From an uncultured virus (IMG/VR IMGVR_UViG_3300021091_000023) (Duplodnaviria > Heunggongvirae > Uroviricota > Caudoviricetes), in the IMG/VR virus record IMGVR_UViG_3300021091_000023: DNA of 64,000 nucleotides, one strand, 5' to 3'. Numbering within the stretch: position 1 is the stretch's first letter; every line of letters starts with the position of its first letter. This document shows, piece after piece, positions 1 to 8,557 of the stretch. The position numbers and the translations under genes are program-made. A model generated the notes under the pieces. It was given only the letters and a program-made list of their open reading frames with translations, was not told the DNA's origin and ran no database searches.

Positions 1-185
1 TCATGCATTAAAACAATAATATCATTTGATGATTGGTCTAATATTTTATTATATACCTCAGTTAAAGAGTATTCGCCGTTATTTTCAAAAGGGATAACTT
101 CAGGTTTTGAAACTCCTGAAGTTTTTTTCAACATTTCAATAAATGTTGGATCTATTTTTTTTGTTGAGAACCCTATTGTTATCAT
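1..185 (-). CDS. Glycosyltransferase family 2-like protein, 5' part (runs off the window edge)
   Basis: Manual translation from ATG 185-183, which overlaps the dUTPase TGA: MITIGFSTKKIDPTFIEMLKK...YSLTEVYNKILDQSSNDIIVLMH. The 'YN..L......IIV.MH' pattern resembles the GT-A region before the DxD motif. Confidence 0.55.
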   Translation of the reverse strand, partial: MITIGFSTKKIDPTFIEMLKKTSGVSKPEVIPFENNGEYSLTEVYNKILDQSSNDIIVLMH

Positions 186-793
186 AAACCTGTACTACCA
201 AATCCTTTATCGTTTCTATCTTTTTCTTTTATTTCTTCAACCTTAACTAAATTAACCCACTTTCCATTTACTACAGGACAAAGAACTGCTTGTGCTATTT
301 TTTGACCCTTTTCTATTTTAATTCTTTCATTAGTAGTATTAAATATGATAACTTTAATTTCTCCCTGATATCCGCTATCAACAGTACCTGGTGAGTTTAA
401 AACCATAAGTCCTTGATTTAGTACCAATCCACTTTTACTTCTAACCTGTATTTCATAATTTTCAGGTATGTCAAATCTTAATCCTGTTGGTACTAATAAC
501 CTACTATTTGCCTGAACCCATAATTCTTCTGTCGATCTTAAATCAAAACCAGAGTCAGACTCATATGCGTATTCGGGCTCTTTATTATCCGTATCGTTCA
601 CATATTCAACAGATATTTTGTTAATAACATTTTGTGTCAAACTTTCATTGAAGTGTTTTTCAATTTCATCCATATCAATTCCTAGCGAATCTAAGAATGA
701 TTGTGGGTCTGACATATTTACTTCGGAAACTTTTCCTTGTAAATCTTTTAACATTTTTAATTCTTGGTTTAACTTTTTATATTCTTCGTGCAT
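182..793 (-). CDS. dut: Trimeric dUTPase with an ~60-aa N-terminal extension
   Basis: Motifs SGFDL, RSKSG, GTVDSGYQGEIKV, KIAQAV and RNDKGFGSTG. Confidence 0.95.
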   Translation of the reverse strand: MHEEYKKLNQELKMLKDLQGKVSEVNMSDPQSFLDSLGIDMDEIEKHFNESLTQNVINKISVEYVNDTDNKEPEYAYESDSGFDLRSTEELWVQANSRLLVPTGLRFDIPENYEIQVRSKSGLVLNQGLMVLNSPGTVDSGYQGEIKVIIFNTTNERIKIEKGQKIAQAVLCPVVNGKWVNLVKVEEIKEKDRNDKGFGSTGL

Positions 794-1521
794 TATTTTA
801 ATTCTTTTAATTTTTTTATAAATTCTATCAAAACATTTACATCTTTTTCACAATACTCCGAAATTTCTTGTAACCTATTATCATTCCAATACGCTTCGTG
901 TACCATACCACCATTTATTTCTCCGTCTTTAGGTGTTGGTATATCTAAGGTTGCACAAACTAAATCTAATGATCCAATTACAGAATAAGCTCCGTACTGC
1001 CAAATTTCTTTTGTGTCAATTGCTTTTACTTCCCAAGGTTTAGTATCATATGAAGGAAGAATTTTAGATGGTTTAATACCGTTAATTATCATTCTTTTTG
1101 CCATCATAGGTATGTCAAAGTTTTTAAGATTGTGACCACAAAGATAAAAATCTAAGTTATGACATCTATCAAGAAGGTTTCTAACTTGTATTAATAATTC
1201 TTTTTCGTCATCACCTGAAAATGTTTGTTTTTTTATTTCACCATTTTCCATAACAAAAGCCATCGACACACAGACAATTTTTGCAAACTCAGGAACAAGT
1301 GCCGAACGTTTAAAATAAACATCATTCATTTTTTGTAGATCATCTTCCAAACTATCTGTTTCGTAGTTATCTTCAGGAAATCTTTTTAAGAACCAATCAA
1401 AGTATTTAACAAATTGTTCTGCTATTTTTGGGTTACTCTCTTGACATGATGACCAATCTTTACAAAGACCAACCGTCTCTATGTCCAAGAATAAAATTTT
1501 TGTAATAGGTATGTTTATCAT
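793..1521 (-). CDS. PolB-related DEDD 3'-5' exonuclease
   Basis: ExoI FLDIET, ExoII GHNLKNFDIP, ExoIII YCEKDV. Confidence 0.85.
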   Translation of the reverse strand: MINIPITKILFLDIETVGLCKDWSSCQESNPKIAEQFVKYFDWFLKRFPEDNYETDSLEDDLQKMNDVYFKRSALVPEFAKIVCVSMAFVMENGEIKKQTFSGDDEKELLIQVRNLLDRCHNLDFYLCGHNLKNFDIPMMAKRMIINGIKPSKILPSYDTKPWEVKAIDTKEIWQYGAYSVIGSLDLVCATLDIPTPKDGEINGGMVHEAYWNDNRLQEISEYCEKDVNVLIEFIKKLKELK

Positions 1522-2768
1522 TTTATTAAGGATTTATATAATTGTGCACGGTCAGCCGTGACTTTATTTAAGTCGTATGTGTCTTTAACTGTTTCATATA
1601 ATCTTTGTCCTAAATCATAAGCCCAATTAGGGTTATCAATTAATTTTTTCATATACTTAGACCAATCCCCATTTCTTACCTCATCAACTAAAAGAGCATT
1701 ACCATCAACAAAATTACCATTTTGTAATGAATGTTTCAAGTCGATAGTATACGGACCAACATTTGATGCAATAATTGTCTTTTTATAGAAACCTGCCTCA
1801 ATTACTTTCAATTGTGATTTAACTCTGTTAAAGATATGGTTTTTAATTGGCGCTAATGACACATCAAACCATTTGTAATTACCTGCATAACTTGTTACAG
1901 GTTTTGTCCAAACACGATTGTAAAAAGGTAAAACATCCGAATTATAATCTTCTTCTTTAAATTTCATTAAAAACTCTTTGTGTTTATCATCAACCATTCT
2001 ATAATTGTCTGTGAAAATTTCTTCATAACGAGCCCAAACCGTTTCTTCAGGTTTAATTGGTCTTTGTTTTTGTTCCCCTGTTTCTTTATTAATTTCAGTA
2101 ACGGTACCTCTAATATCAAACCCACAAAGATACATACTAAATTGATCTTTATATGGTTTAAGTTTATTTATTGTTCCATCTAATAATTTTAAATCATGTA
2201 AGTGTGATGACCCACCTAACCATCCAAAACGTAATTTATCTGATTTTAAAGTTTCTTGTTGAAACTGAGGTTCATTTGGGTTAATGGCGTTTGGTAACAC
2301 ATAAACATTTTTATTAAGTTTTGAAATCTCTGTTGCAAATATTGATGTTGTTGTCGTTACATGTTTTGCAACTTTAAGGTTTGCCATTATTTTTTGATGT
2401 AATTTGTTTTGCACAACTAATTGATGTACAGGATGTTCTTTTGTTGGTAACCAATAATCATCTAAATCCATTATAGTTATAATTCCCATATCGTTGAGAC
2501 GTTGAATAAGAATTGGTGCTTGATTATAGTCTTGACCTATAGTTCTATGAAAATGAACAATATCGTATTGCTTCCAATAATTCATATCATTAATTTTCGT
2601 GTCGTAGTCAATGTCTACATGGAAATCTTCTCCATGATTATTTTGTAACATAACGTGGGGGTCCACACTTCTAAATTTACCTTAACCAACTCCGGTGCGA
2701 TCGCTAGGGACTACTAACACCCTAATTTTTCTGCGAACGTCCGGAGTATATTTACTCTCTTGTGTCAT
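1518..2768 (-). CDS. GT-B (GT4-like) glycosyltransferase with an in-frame TAA at 2684-2682
   Basis: The ORF track calls 1518..2666. The same frame is open back to ATG 2768 apart from one stop: MTQESKYTPDVRRKIRVLVVPSDRTGVG*GKFRSVDPH. Motifs DLDDYW, VLPNA, GWLGGSSH and KSQLKVIEAG...IIASNVGPY. Confidence 0.85.
2689..2747 (-). promoter_or_regulatory. Extended mRNA stem-loop just 5' of the GGU-UAA-GGU site (candidate recoding signal)
   Basis: ACUCCGG-ACGUUCGC-AGAAAAAU-UAGGG-UGUUAGUAGU-CCCUA-GCGAUCGCA-CCGGAGU has nested complementary arms and is much GC-richer than its flanks. Confidence 0.6.
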
Positions 2769-3113
2769 ATTTTTTTATAATTTGTTTTATAAGTTTTGGA
2801 TTTTCTTTTAGATGTGGTTCCCAAACTACTTCCAAATTATAACCATTTTTTATAATTAAGTCAATCTTGTCCTTATCATTATCCCATAATTCTTGTGCTG
2901 TTTTTTGTTTTACCTGATGAAAATAATCTGATTTATATTTTTTGGATTACAATGCCAGTAATCTCCATTATATTCAATTATTAAATTTAATTTAGGTATG
3001 TATATGTCACATATTTTAGTATCTATTTTTAATGAGTGTTTTACATCATAACCTATTTTTTTTATTTCTAAAACTATATCTTTTTCTTTTTTTGATCTTA
3101 CAACAGATTTTAT
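2752..3113 (-). pseudogene. Decayed Vsr/DUF559-like (EDxHD-type) homing endonuclease
   Basis: Manual translation KSVVRSKKEKDIVLEIKKIGY...CDIYIPKLNLIIEYNGDYWHCNPK, then a 1-nt frameshift in the A-run at 2938-2943, then YKSDYFHQ...LWDNDKDKIDLIIKNGYNLEVVWE...YDTRE*. There is no start codon. Confidence 0.75.
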
Positions 3114-3730
3114 TTTTCTAATTTTTTTATTTTTGTTACTTTTCCGATAAACAAATGCTGACCGACTTTGAATTGTATTGTTTCATTTGTGTTTTGTGTT
3201 GATTCAACAATCATTCCAGCATCTTTAAACTCTTCTCTAACAACATCTCTCACAGTGTCTCTAACAACATCTCTAATTATATTTTTAATTTCAGACATGT
3301 TTATATTAGATGATGTTTGTGTTTCTGTAATTTTCTGTTTTGGTATTTGTTTATTAGGTATTTCTGATGTTTTTTCTTTTTTCATTAATCTTGTTGCCCC
3401 CTCGATAACCTCATTTGATAGAACAGTGCCGCCACCCATTGAACTTGGTTGTACTATTGGTTGCTCAATCATTAATCTTTTTATCTCATCAGGTAATTTT
3501 GAATTCATTATTCTTTCCCGTTCTAAGGGTTGTGAAGGATCGTGGTAAGTTTTGGGTGATGAATTTTCTGTTAAAAATTCTTCAGGTAAATTATAAGTCG
3601 CATTGAACGGTTGAAACTCCTCAATTGATGATGTCATCGGTCTTGAGTCACCCCTTCTAATTTCACCATGTTTTTCCATTATTTTTTTTGATACTGCCAA
3701 TCTTTGCATCAAATCTTGTTCATTTGTCAT
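3110..3730 (-). CDS. Hypothetical protein
   Basis: 206-aa ORF in a tightly packed minus-strand operon. Confidence 0.7.
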   Translation of the reverse strand: MTNEQDLMQRLAVSKKIMEKHGEIRRGDSRPMTSSIEEFQPFNATYNLPEEFLTENSSPKTYHDPSQPLERERIMNSKLPDEIKRLMIEQPIVQPSSMGGGTVLSNEVIEGATRLMKKEKTSEIPNKQIPKQKITETQTSSNINMSEIKNIIRDVVRDTVRDVVREEFKDAGMIVESTQNTNETIQFKVGQHLFIGKVTKIKKLEK

Positions 3731-3731
3731 A

Positions 3732-4133
3732 TTATGTTAAATTATCAACGTTATCGAATTTCGCATTTATTAAAACTCTCTCCATGGACCTATCACCATT
3801 AGGGTTATAATTAGGCCTCATGTCAATAAAATTATCCATTGTTGGTTGGTATGTAAATATTTTATCTAATCTAAATAGCCTCCAACCTGGTAAAAAGTTT
3901 CCTTTATTTTTTGCACTCCAAGAAGATCCCTCGGATTCCCAAGCCCTAAGAACTAAATTTCCTTTTTTACTGTAACCTAAACACAAAGGTTCAATTGTTC
4001 TATAACCCTTACCACCATTATCATTTCCATCGTAGTAAATAACAATTATCTTTTTTTTCTTAATAGAGTCTTGAACATCACCCAAAGATGCCGCTTCAGT
4101 AACTAATTTTTTTAAACTATCTAGTAGTCTCAT
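3732..4133 (-). CDS. Stand-alone WYL-like domain protein
   Basis: RTIEPLCLG...LRAWE...WRLFRLDKI pattern; no HTH domain. Confidence 0.7.
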   Translation of the reverse strand: MRLLDSLKKLVTEAASLGDVQDSIKKKKIIVIYYDGNDNGGKGYRTIEPLCLGYSKKGNLVLRAWESEGSSWSAKNKGNFLPGWRLFRLDKIFTYQPTMDNFIDMRPNYNPNGDRSMERVLINAKFDNVDNLT

Positions 4134-4423
4134 TTAACGGTATAGTATGGGTTGTTTGGTGAATATTTATTACCTTTTAGATCGTCTTTTCTTTCTGCTC
4201 TATCAACACTTGATCCTGCATTTTGATTATATACGTCTAAAAATACTCCCGTACCCTTTCCATTTGCATCACCATCAGCGATTGCGTTTGGATGTACTGA
4301 TGAATATTGGTCGGTTGGTTTATAGTCATTTCTTGGAAATAATCTTTTTCTTTGTTCTTCTGCAATTTTTGATAAATTATTATCCGGTTGCGAAAAATCT
4401 AATTTGTCTGATTGTACTGGCAT
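4130..4423 (-). CDS. Hypothetical protein
   Basis: 97-aa ORF whose start and stop overlap its neighbours. Confidence 0.65.
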   Translation of the reverse strand: MPVQSDKLDFSQPDNNLSKIAEEQRKRLFPRNDYKPTDQYSSVHPNAIADGDANGKGTGVFLDVYNQNAGSSVDRAERKDDLKGNKYSPNNPYYTVK

Positions 4424-4872
4424 TATAATATTTTTATTAGTTTATTTATTCTTTTTATTTCTTCTTTTACTGATAATTGATCTGCTGTGGTTGAATGGGT
4501 GTCCGCCAAATTAAAACTATTTTTTTCATGTGAATCTAAATATTGGTTTTGCATTCCAGCGTCTGATTTATGTTTTTTACTTGAGTCATCATTATCTCTC
4601 CAAACCCTTAATACCTCATCACACCAATTTTTCATTCTATCACCACCATTTAATATGAAAGGAGCGTCTTCTTTTTTACCCCCATAACCATCAAACCAAT
4701 TTTTAATTCTTTTGATTTGTTGGTATGTCACATAACCACTATCATTTATTTCTTTATTTCTGTTATATCCCTCAGTATTACTATCGGCATCAACAGAACT
4801 AAAACATTGTTTCAAATGTTTTAATAAATCATCAGGTAGTTTCGCCTTTCTATCATATAGATTCTTGTTCAC
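4423..4872 (-). CDS. Hypothetical protein
   Basis: 149-aa ORF coupled to both neighbours. Confidence 0.7.
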   Translation of the reverse strand: MNKNLYDRKAKLPDDLLKHLKQCFSSVDADSNTEGYNRNKEINDSGYVTYQQIKRIKNWFDGYGGKKEDAPFILNGGDRMKNWCDEVLRVWRDNDDSSKKHKSDAGMQNQYLDSHEKNSFNLADTHSTTADQLSVKEEIKRINKLIKIL

Positions 4873-5605
4873 TTGACAACATATTAATTAATTGTTTAGT
4901 TGAAATGCCGGCATTACCTGCCATTTTTTTCAATGACATGATATTTCTCTTAATAATTTTTACTTGTGAATCGTTGTCGGTTTTTTTATCACGGTTCAAT
5001 ATTATATCTTCAATTATTTCATCAGTTTCATCTATATCTTTTTCTTTCAAAATTAACCTATCAATAAATCCTTTTTTATTTTTAATTGCTTTTGGTGTTC
5101 TTTTGTGTAATTTAGGTTTTTTTCCTTGTTGTACCGTCCTTTCAATTGCTGAGTCTTTGTCCAAACCTAACTTTTTTTTAAAATACTCAACAGTTTCATC
5201 ATAGTCCATAAACAAAGTATCATGATAACCGAACGCCCTTTCCATGTCGCTTTCATCCACCTTTCCTTCTCCATAATATCCGTACCAACCTCTTAATAGT
5301 GGGTCTCTTGGATTTCTCGATTGTTGAACTGTTTTATCGGTAAATGTCGAACCTTGCAAACTTGATGCCGGATCTAAAATAGGAATTGATGAACTTAACC
5401 AAGTACCGTCATCATCAATCAATTCTGTTACCTCTTCTTCTTTACCTTTAGTTTCTTTTTTTGTTTTTTCTTTAAAGGTTTTCATATCTTTACACGGCAT
5501 GTATTTTCTTTTTCCATCTTCGTTGTGATAATGAGATCCCGAACACCCTAAAGATTTTGCAACCCTTTCTGCTCTTTCCTTTGTTGAATATTTATATGTT
5601 TTCAT
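4853..5605 (-). CDS. Hypothetical protein with an N-terminal DUF3721-like Cys/His motif
   Basis: TKERAERVAKSLGCSGSHYH...YMPC; TATTTAT motif upstream (5626-5620). Confidence 0.6.
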   Translation of the reverse strand: MKTYKYSTKERAERVAKSLGCSGSHYHNEDGKRKYMPCKDMKTFKEKTKKETKGKEEEVTELIDDDGTWLSSSIPILDPASSLQGSTFTDKTVQQSRNPRDPLLRGWYGYYGEGKVDESDMERAFGYHDTLFMDYDETVEYFKKKLGLDKDSAIERTVQQGKKPKLHKRTPKAIKNKKGFIDRLILKEKDIDETDEIIEDIILNRDKKTDNDSQVKIIKRNIMSLKKMAGNAGISTKQLINMLSSEQESI

Positions 5606-5656
5606 TCAGTCTTTTACCTATAAATACCGCGATTAAACTATTTATCATAAAAAAGA

Positions 5657-7585
5657 ATGCCAAGTCAAAATATTAATTCTTATTATTATCCAAAATACTC
5701 CACAAAATTAAATTATGGTCAATATTTTGACCTTACTTTGGCCTCAGATGAAAAAGACTATGACAAAGAAGTTGTATTCTCAACTGAAGTGATTGGAAAA
5801 AATGATGGCAACAGATTACCTATAACTATAGAATTAGACAATTCTGGAAACACTTTACAATCAAATATTACTTTTGGTAATTATGTTTCAAACAATACTT
5901 TAATTTCTTCCAATTTTTATAATCCAAAAAATTTAGATTATAGTTGTTATACTGCGTATACAGGAATTTGTGATGTAGGTTTGGTTGGTACTGACAACGG
6001 TTTATTTACAGGGCTTACTGGTCAAACTTTATATTATATCAAAGGGATTAATAATACATATAAATTTAATCCACATTATAGGGATAGTAGATTCAAAATG
6101 CACCCTGTGAGAAGTTTGGTTAATTCACCAAACATAAGTTTTTCAGGAAGACCGAAAGAAACTGTTTATAATATTGTATCAAAAAGTGCGTCAACGGTTG
6201 GATATTACCAAGAATTATATGGAGGATTTTATCAAGGTTTTTATAAATTAAATGGTTACGACTACGAAGTATTCCCAGAAAGAGTGAATAAGGGTTGGTC
6301 TGCCGAAATGGTTTTAAAACCAAGAATAACTGATGAGTATTTTATTAATAGTACAACACAAGAATACTTAAATGACAAATATCCTTCTAATGCTGGAACA
6401 TTTTTTTATTTTGGTACAAGAGCAGAAAATAAATTTTATCATAATGCAAGTGGGTCACCTGCAAGTAATACAGGTTATACAAGAAATACAAAAGATTTAA
6501 CTTGTATTGAGACTTGTGGATGTTCAAATACGGGCATTACAAATTCAGATTGTATAAAAGTTTACCCAAGTAGTGGATTTACAACAATACATAACACCGG
6601 ATGTAATTGTGGTTGTGCAAGTACAGAAAACGTTCCTTTACCTGAAACCGATCCAAAGTTTGATGTTTTATCAAATGCAATATCATTAAGATTTGACGGT
6701 TGTGCTTTGAATCCTCGTATTGGTATTAAGTACATAAAAATTACAGGTGATTGTGTTACAACAGGAACTTGTGAAACAACAGGTGTGACATTTCAAACAG
6801 GATACACAATAACAGAAGTTTTATCAGATCCAATATATGATATTTGTGGTTTACAGTGTGGTGATACCGATAAAGAAAGGTGGGTAATGATAAGTGCGGT
6901 ATTCGAAAGGTATAAAATAATAGAGGAATGTGATTTATTAAATTTAGGGGGATTAAATGATTTAAGAGTTGTTACAACGCAATCATCAATAGATGGTCAG
7001 TCAGTCAATTTAATTTCACCACCTGAGACACATTTTGGTTCTACACCCGAAAGAAAAATACATGAAATACGTTTTGATAAAAAATGGTTCGATGATTTGG
7101 ACTATAGATTAGGAACGTTAAAACTTTATGTTAATGGATATTTGTTTTTAGTAATTGAAGATTTCGAAGAAATTATTCCAAGAGAATTAAACACAGAAAA
7201 AGAAAAACAAGTAGGTGTTCCCTTCAACCTATCATTTGGTGGAGGTACGCAAGGGTTACACGATCATTTAATTTTTTCAGGTTGTTCATTACCAAATGGT
7301 CCTTACACACAAGATCCTGAACTTTTTCCAAATAATATTTTATCGGCAACTACTTTATCAGGACTTCCAACAAATATACTTTTAGAACAAAATTTTGGTG
7401 GAACATTTATGGGTGGTATATCTCAATTTAGAATGTATGTTGAACCATTAGGGTCTCCACAAGTACAACATAATTTTAGAGTGTTAAAAAATAAATTTAA
7501 TCTTTTAGATTTTTGGTGTCCTGATTGTCTTGTCACGAATGGATATTTACCTGAAGGTTACGTTGATGAGTTCTATTTTGAATAA
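5657..7585 (+). CDS. Probable virion structural protein (Cys clusters, LamG-like C-terminal pattern)
   Basis: 642 aa, Thr/Ser/Gly/Asn-rich; LKLYVNG...FGGG...FMGGISQFRMY..PL resembles a LamG/concanavalin fold. Confidence 0.55.
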   Translation: MPSQNINSYYYPKYSTKLNYGQYFDLTLASDEKDYDKEVVFSTEVIGKNDGNRLPITIELDNSGNTLQSNITFGNYVSNNTLISSNFYNPKNLDYSCYTAYTGICDVGLVGTDNGLFTGLTGQTLYYIKGINNTYKFNPHYRDSRFKMHPVRSLVNSPNISFSGRPKETVYNIVSKSASTVGYYQELYGGFYQGFYKLNGYDYEVFPERVNKGWSAEMVLKPRITDEYFINSTTQEYLNDKYPSNAGTFFYFGTRAENKFYHNASGSPASNTGYTRNTKDLTCIETCGCSNTGITNSDCIKVYPSSGFTTIHNTGCNCGCASTENVPLPETDPKFDVLSNAISLRFDGCALNPRIGIKYIKITGDCVTTGTCETTGVTFQTGYTITEVLSDPIYDICGLQCGDTDKERWVMISAVFERYKIIEECDLLNLGGLNDLRVVTTQSSIDGQSVNLISPPETHFGSTPERKIHEIRFDKKWFDDLDYRLGTLKLYVNGYLFLVIEDFEEIIPRELNTEKEKQVGVPFNLSFGGGTQGLHDHLIFSGCSLPNGPYTQDPELFPNNILSATTLSGLPTNILLEQNFGGTFMGGISQFRMYVEPLGSPQVQHNFRVLKNKFNLLDFWCPDCLVTNGYLPEGYVDEFYFE

Positions 7586-7608
7586 ACATTATATTTATAA
7601 AATAAAAA

Positions 7609-8034
7609 ATGCCATTAGTTACAAGAATATTACCTCCTGACGCAAAAAACGCCAAACTGACATTCCAAGAAATGGATAATAATTTATATTATCTACAAAG
7701 TCTGGGGGTTAGCGGGCTTACTTTTTCTGCAAATACGTTAACAATAACAAACCCAACAGGGGGTACAAAATCTGTTACAATAAATTCTGTAACAGGACTT
7801 ACTGTAAATGGAAATTTAACTGTAACAGGAAATACATCTTTACAAGGATTGACAGCAACAACAATATCTGCAACTACAACAACCACGGATGATTTCATTT
7901 TTAAAACAACATACGTTCCAACAGGATCCACAGACCCAACAGGGTCTATTGGTTCGATGAGTTGGAGCGGCAATTCTTTTTATGTTAAAACAAATACCTC
8001 TTGGGTAAAATTTACGGGACTAACATCGTGGTAG
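7609..8034 (+). CDS. Short fibre/decoration-like protein
   Basis: N-terminal LTFQEMDNN motif, Thr/Gly beta-repeats and C-terminal GSMSW...FYVKTNTSW. Confidence 0.55.
   Translation: MPLVTRILPPDAKNAKLTFQEMDNNLYYLQSLGVSGLTFSANTLTITNPTGGTKSVTINSVTGLTVNGNLTVTGNTSLQGLTATTISATTTTTDDFIFKTTYVPTGSTDPTGSIGSMSWSGNSFYVKTNTSWVKFTGLTSW
7789..7865 (+). repeat. 77-bp perfect direct repeat, copy 1
   Basis: gtaacaggacttactgtaaatgg...gacagcaacaacaat is identical to 8731-8807. Confidence 0.95.
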
Positions 8035-8509
8035 GTTTAAAAAAAACACGTTCTTTAGAACCAACTATTTGTTTATACCACATACCTTTATCATCTAACC
8101 AAACATAAGGATCTTCAGGATTTTCAGTCCAACCATGTTTTGTGTAATATTCAAAATCTTTACGTAAAAGATTTGCTCTGTGAGACGAATGAAACTCTTC
8201 GTTACCCAACCAATGTGGCAAAACAAATTCACCTTCAATTGTCTCGTATTCCATGTTATTTTTAAATCCACGTTCTTTCCAAACATCAATACAATCGTTG
8301 TAGTATTGTCTAAGTGCATTTACATAGTCTTTCCACATGATAGAACAAGGGTGAGACACCCAACCTTTATATGGTTTACCATCTTTACGCAATCTACCTG
8401 TAATTGCTGAAATAATTTGATAAGCCTCAACACGCTGCTTACCTAAACGTTTGTTGTCTAATGACTCTAATGATTTTATAAAATCGGAATACGGAAGAAA
8501 TGTTTGCAT
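8012..8509 (-). CDS. Pyrimidine-dimer DNA glycosylase-like protein (DenV/MSMEG_6728 family)
   Basis: MQTFLPY..F......LD.KRLGKQRVEA.QI, HP...MW, and PHWLG....HSSHRANLLRKD..YY. Confidence 0.8.
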   Translation of the reverse strand: MQTFLPYSDFIKSLESLDNKRLGKQRVEAYQIISAITGRLRKDGKPYKGWVSHPCSIMWKDYVNALRQYYNDCIDVWKERGFKNNMEYETIEGEFVLPHWLGNEEFHSSHRANLLRKDFEYYTKHGWTENPEDPYVWLDDKGMWYKQIVGSKERVFFKPTTMLVP

Positions 8510-8513
8510 AATA

Positions 8514-8544
8514 CAAATTTAAGTATATTTATTAATATCACAAA
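8514..8544 (-). promoter_or_regulatory. Bacteroidota-type -33/-7 promoter
   Basis: TTTG (8544-8541), 19-nt spacer, TAAATTTG (8521-8514) matching TAnnTTTG, just upstream of ATG 8509. Confidence 0.7.
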
Positions 8545-8557
8545 ATATTTTATGAAA

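Noticed and set aside
2679..2690. Self-splicing intron at the glycosyltransferase stop
   Set aside because: Only 6 extra nt are present and there is no ribozyme core. The GT..AG-looking hexamer is not meaningful in a phage.
3110..3135. -1 frameshift at A-AAA-AAA fusing the 206-aa protein to the nuclease relic
   Set aside because: A-runs are ubiquitous here and the nuclease has a second internal frameshift, so decay is the simpler explanation.
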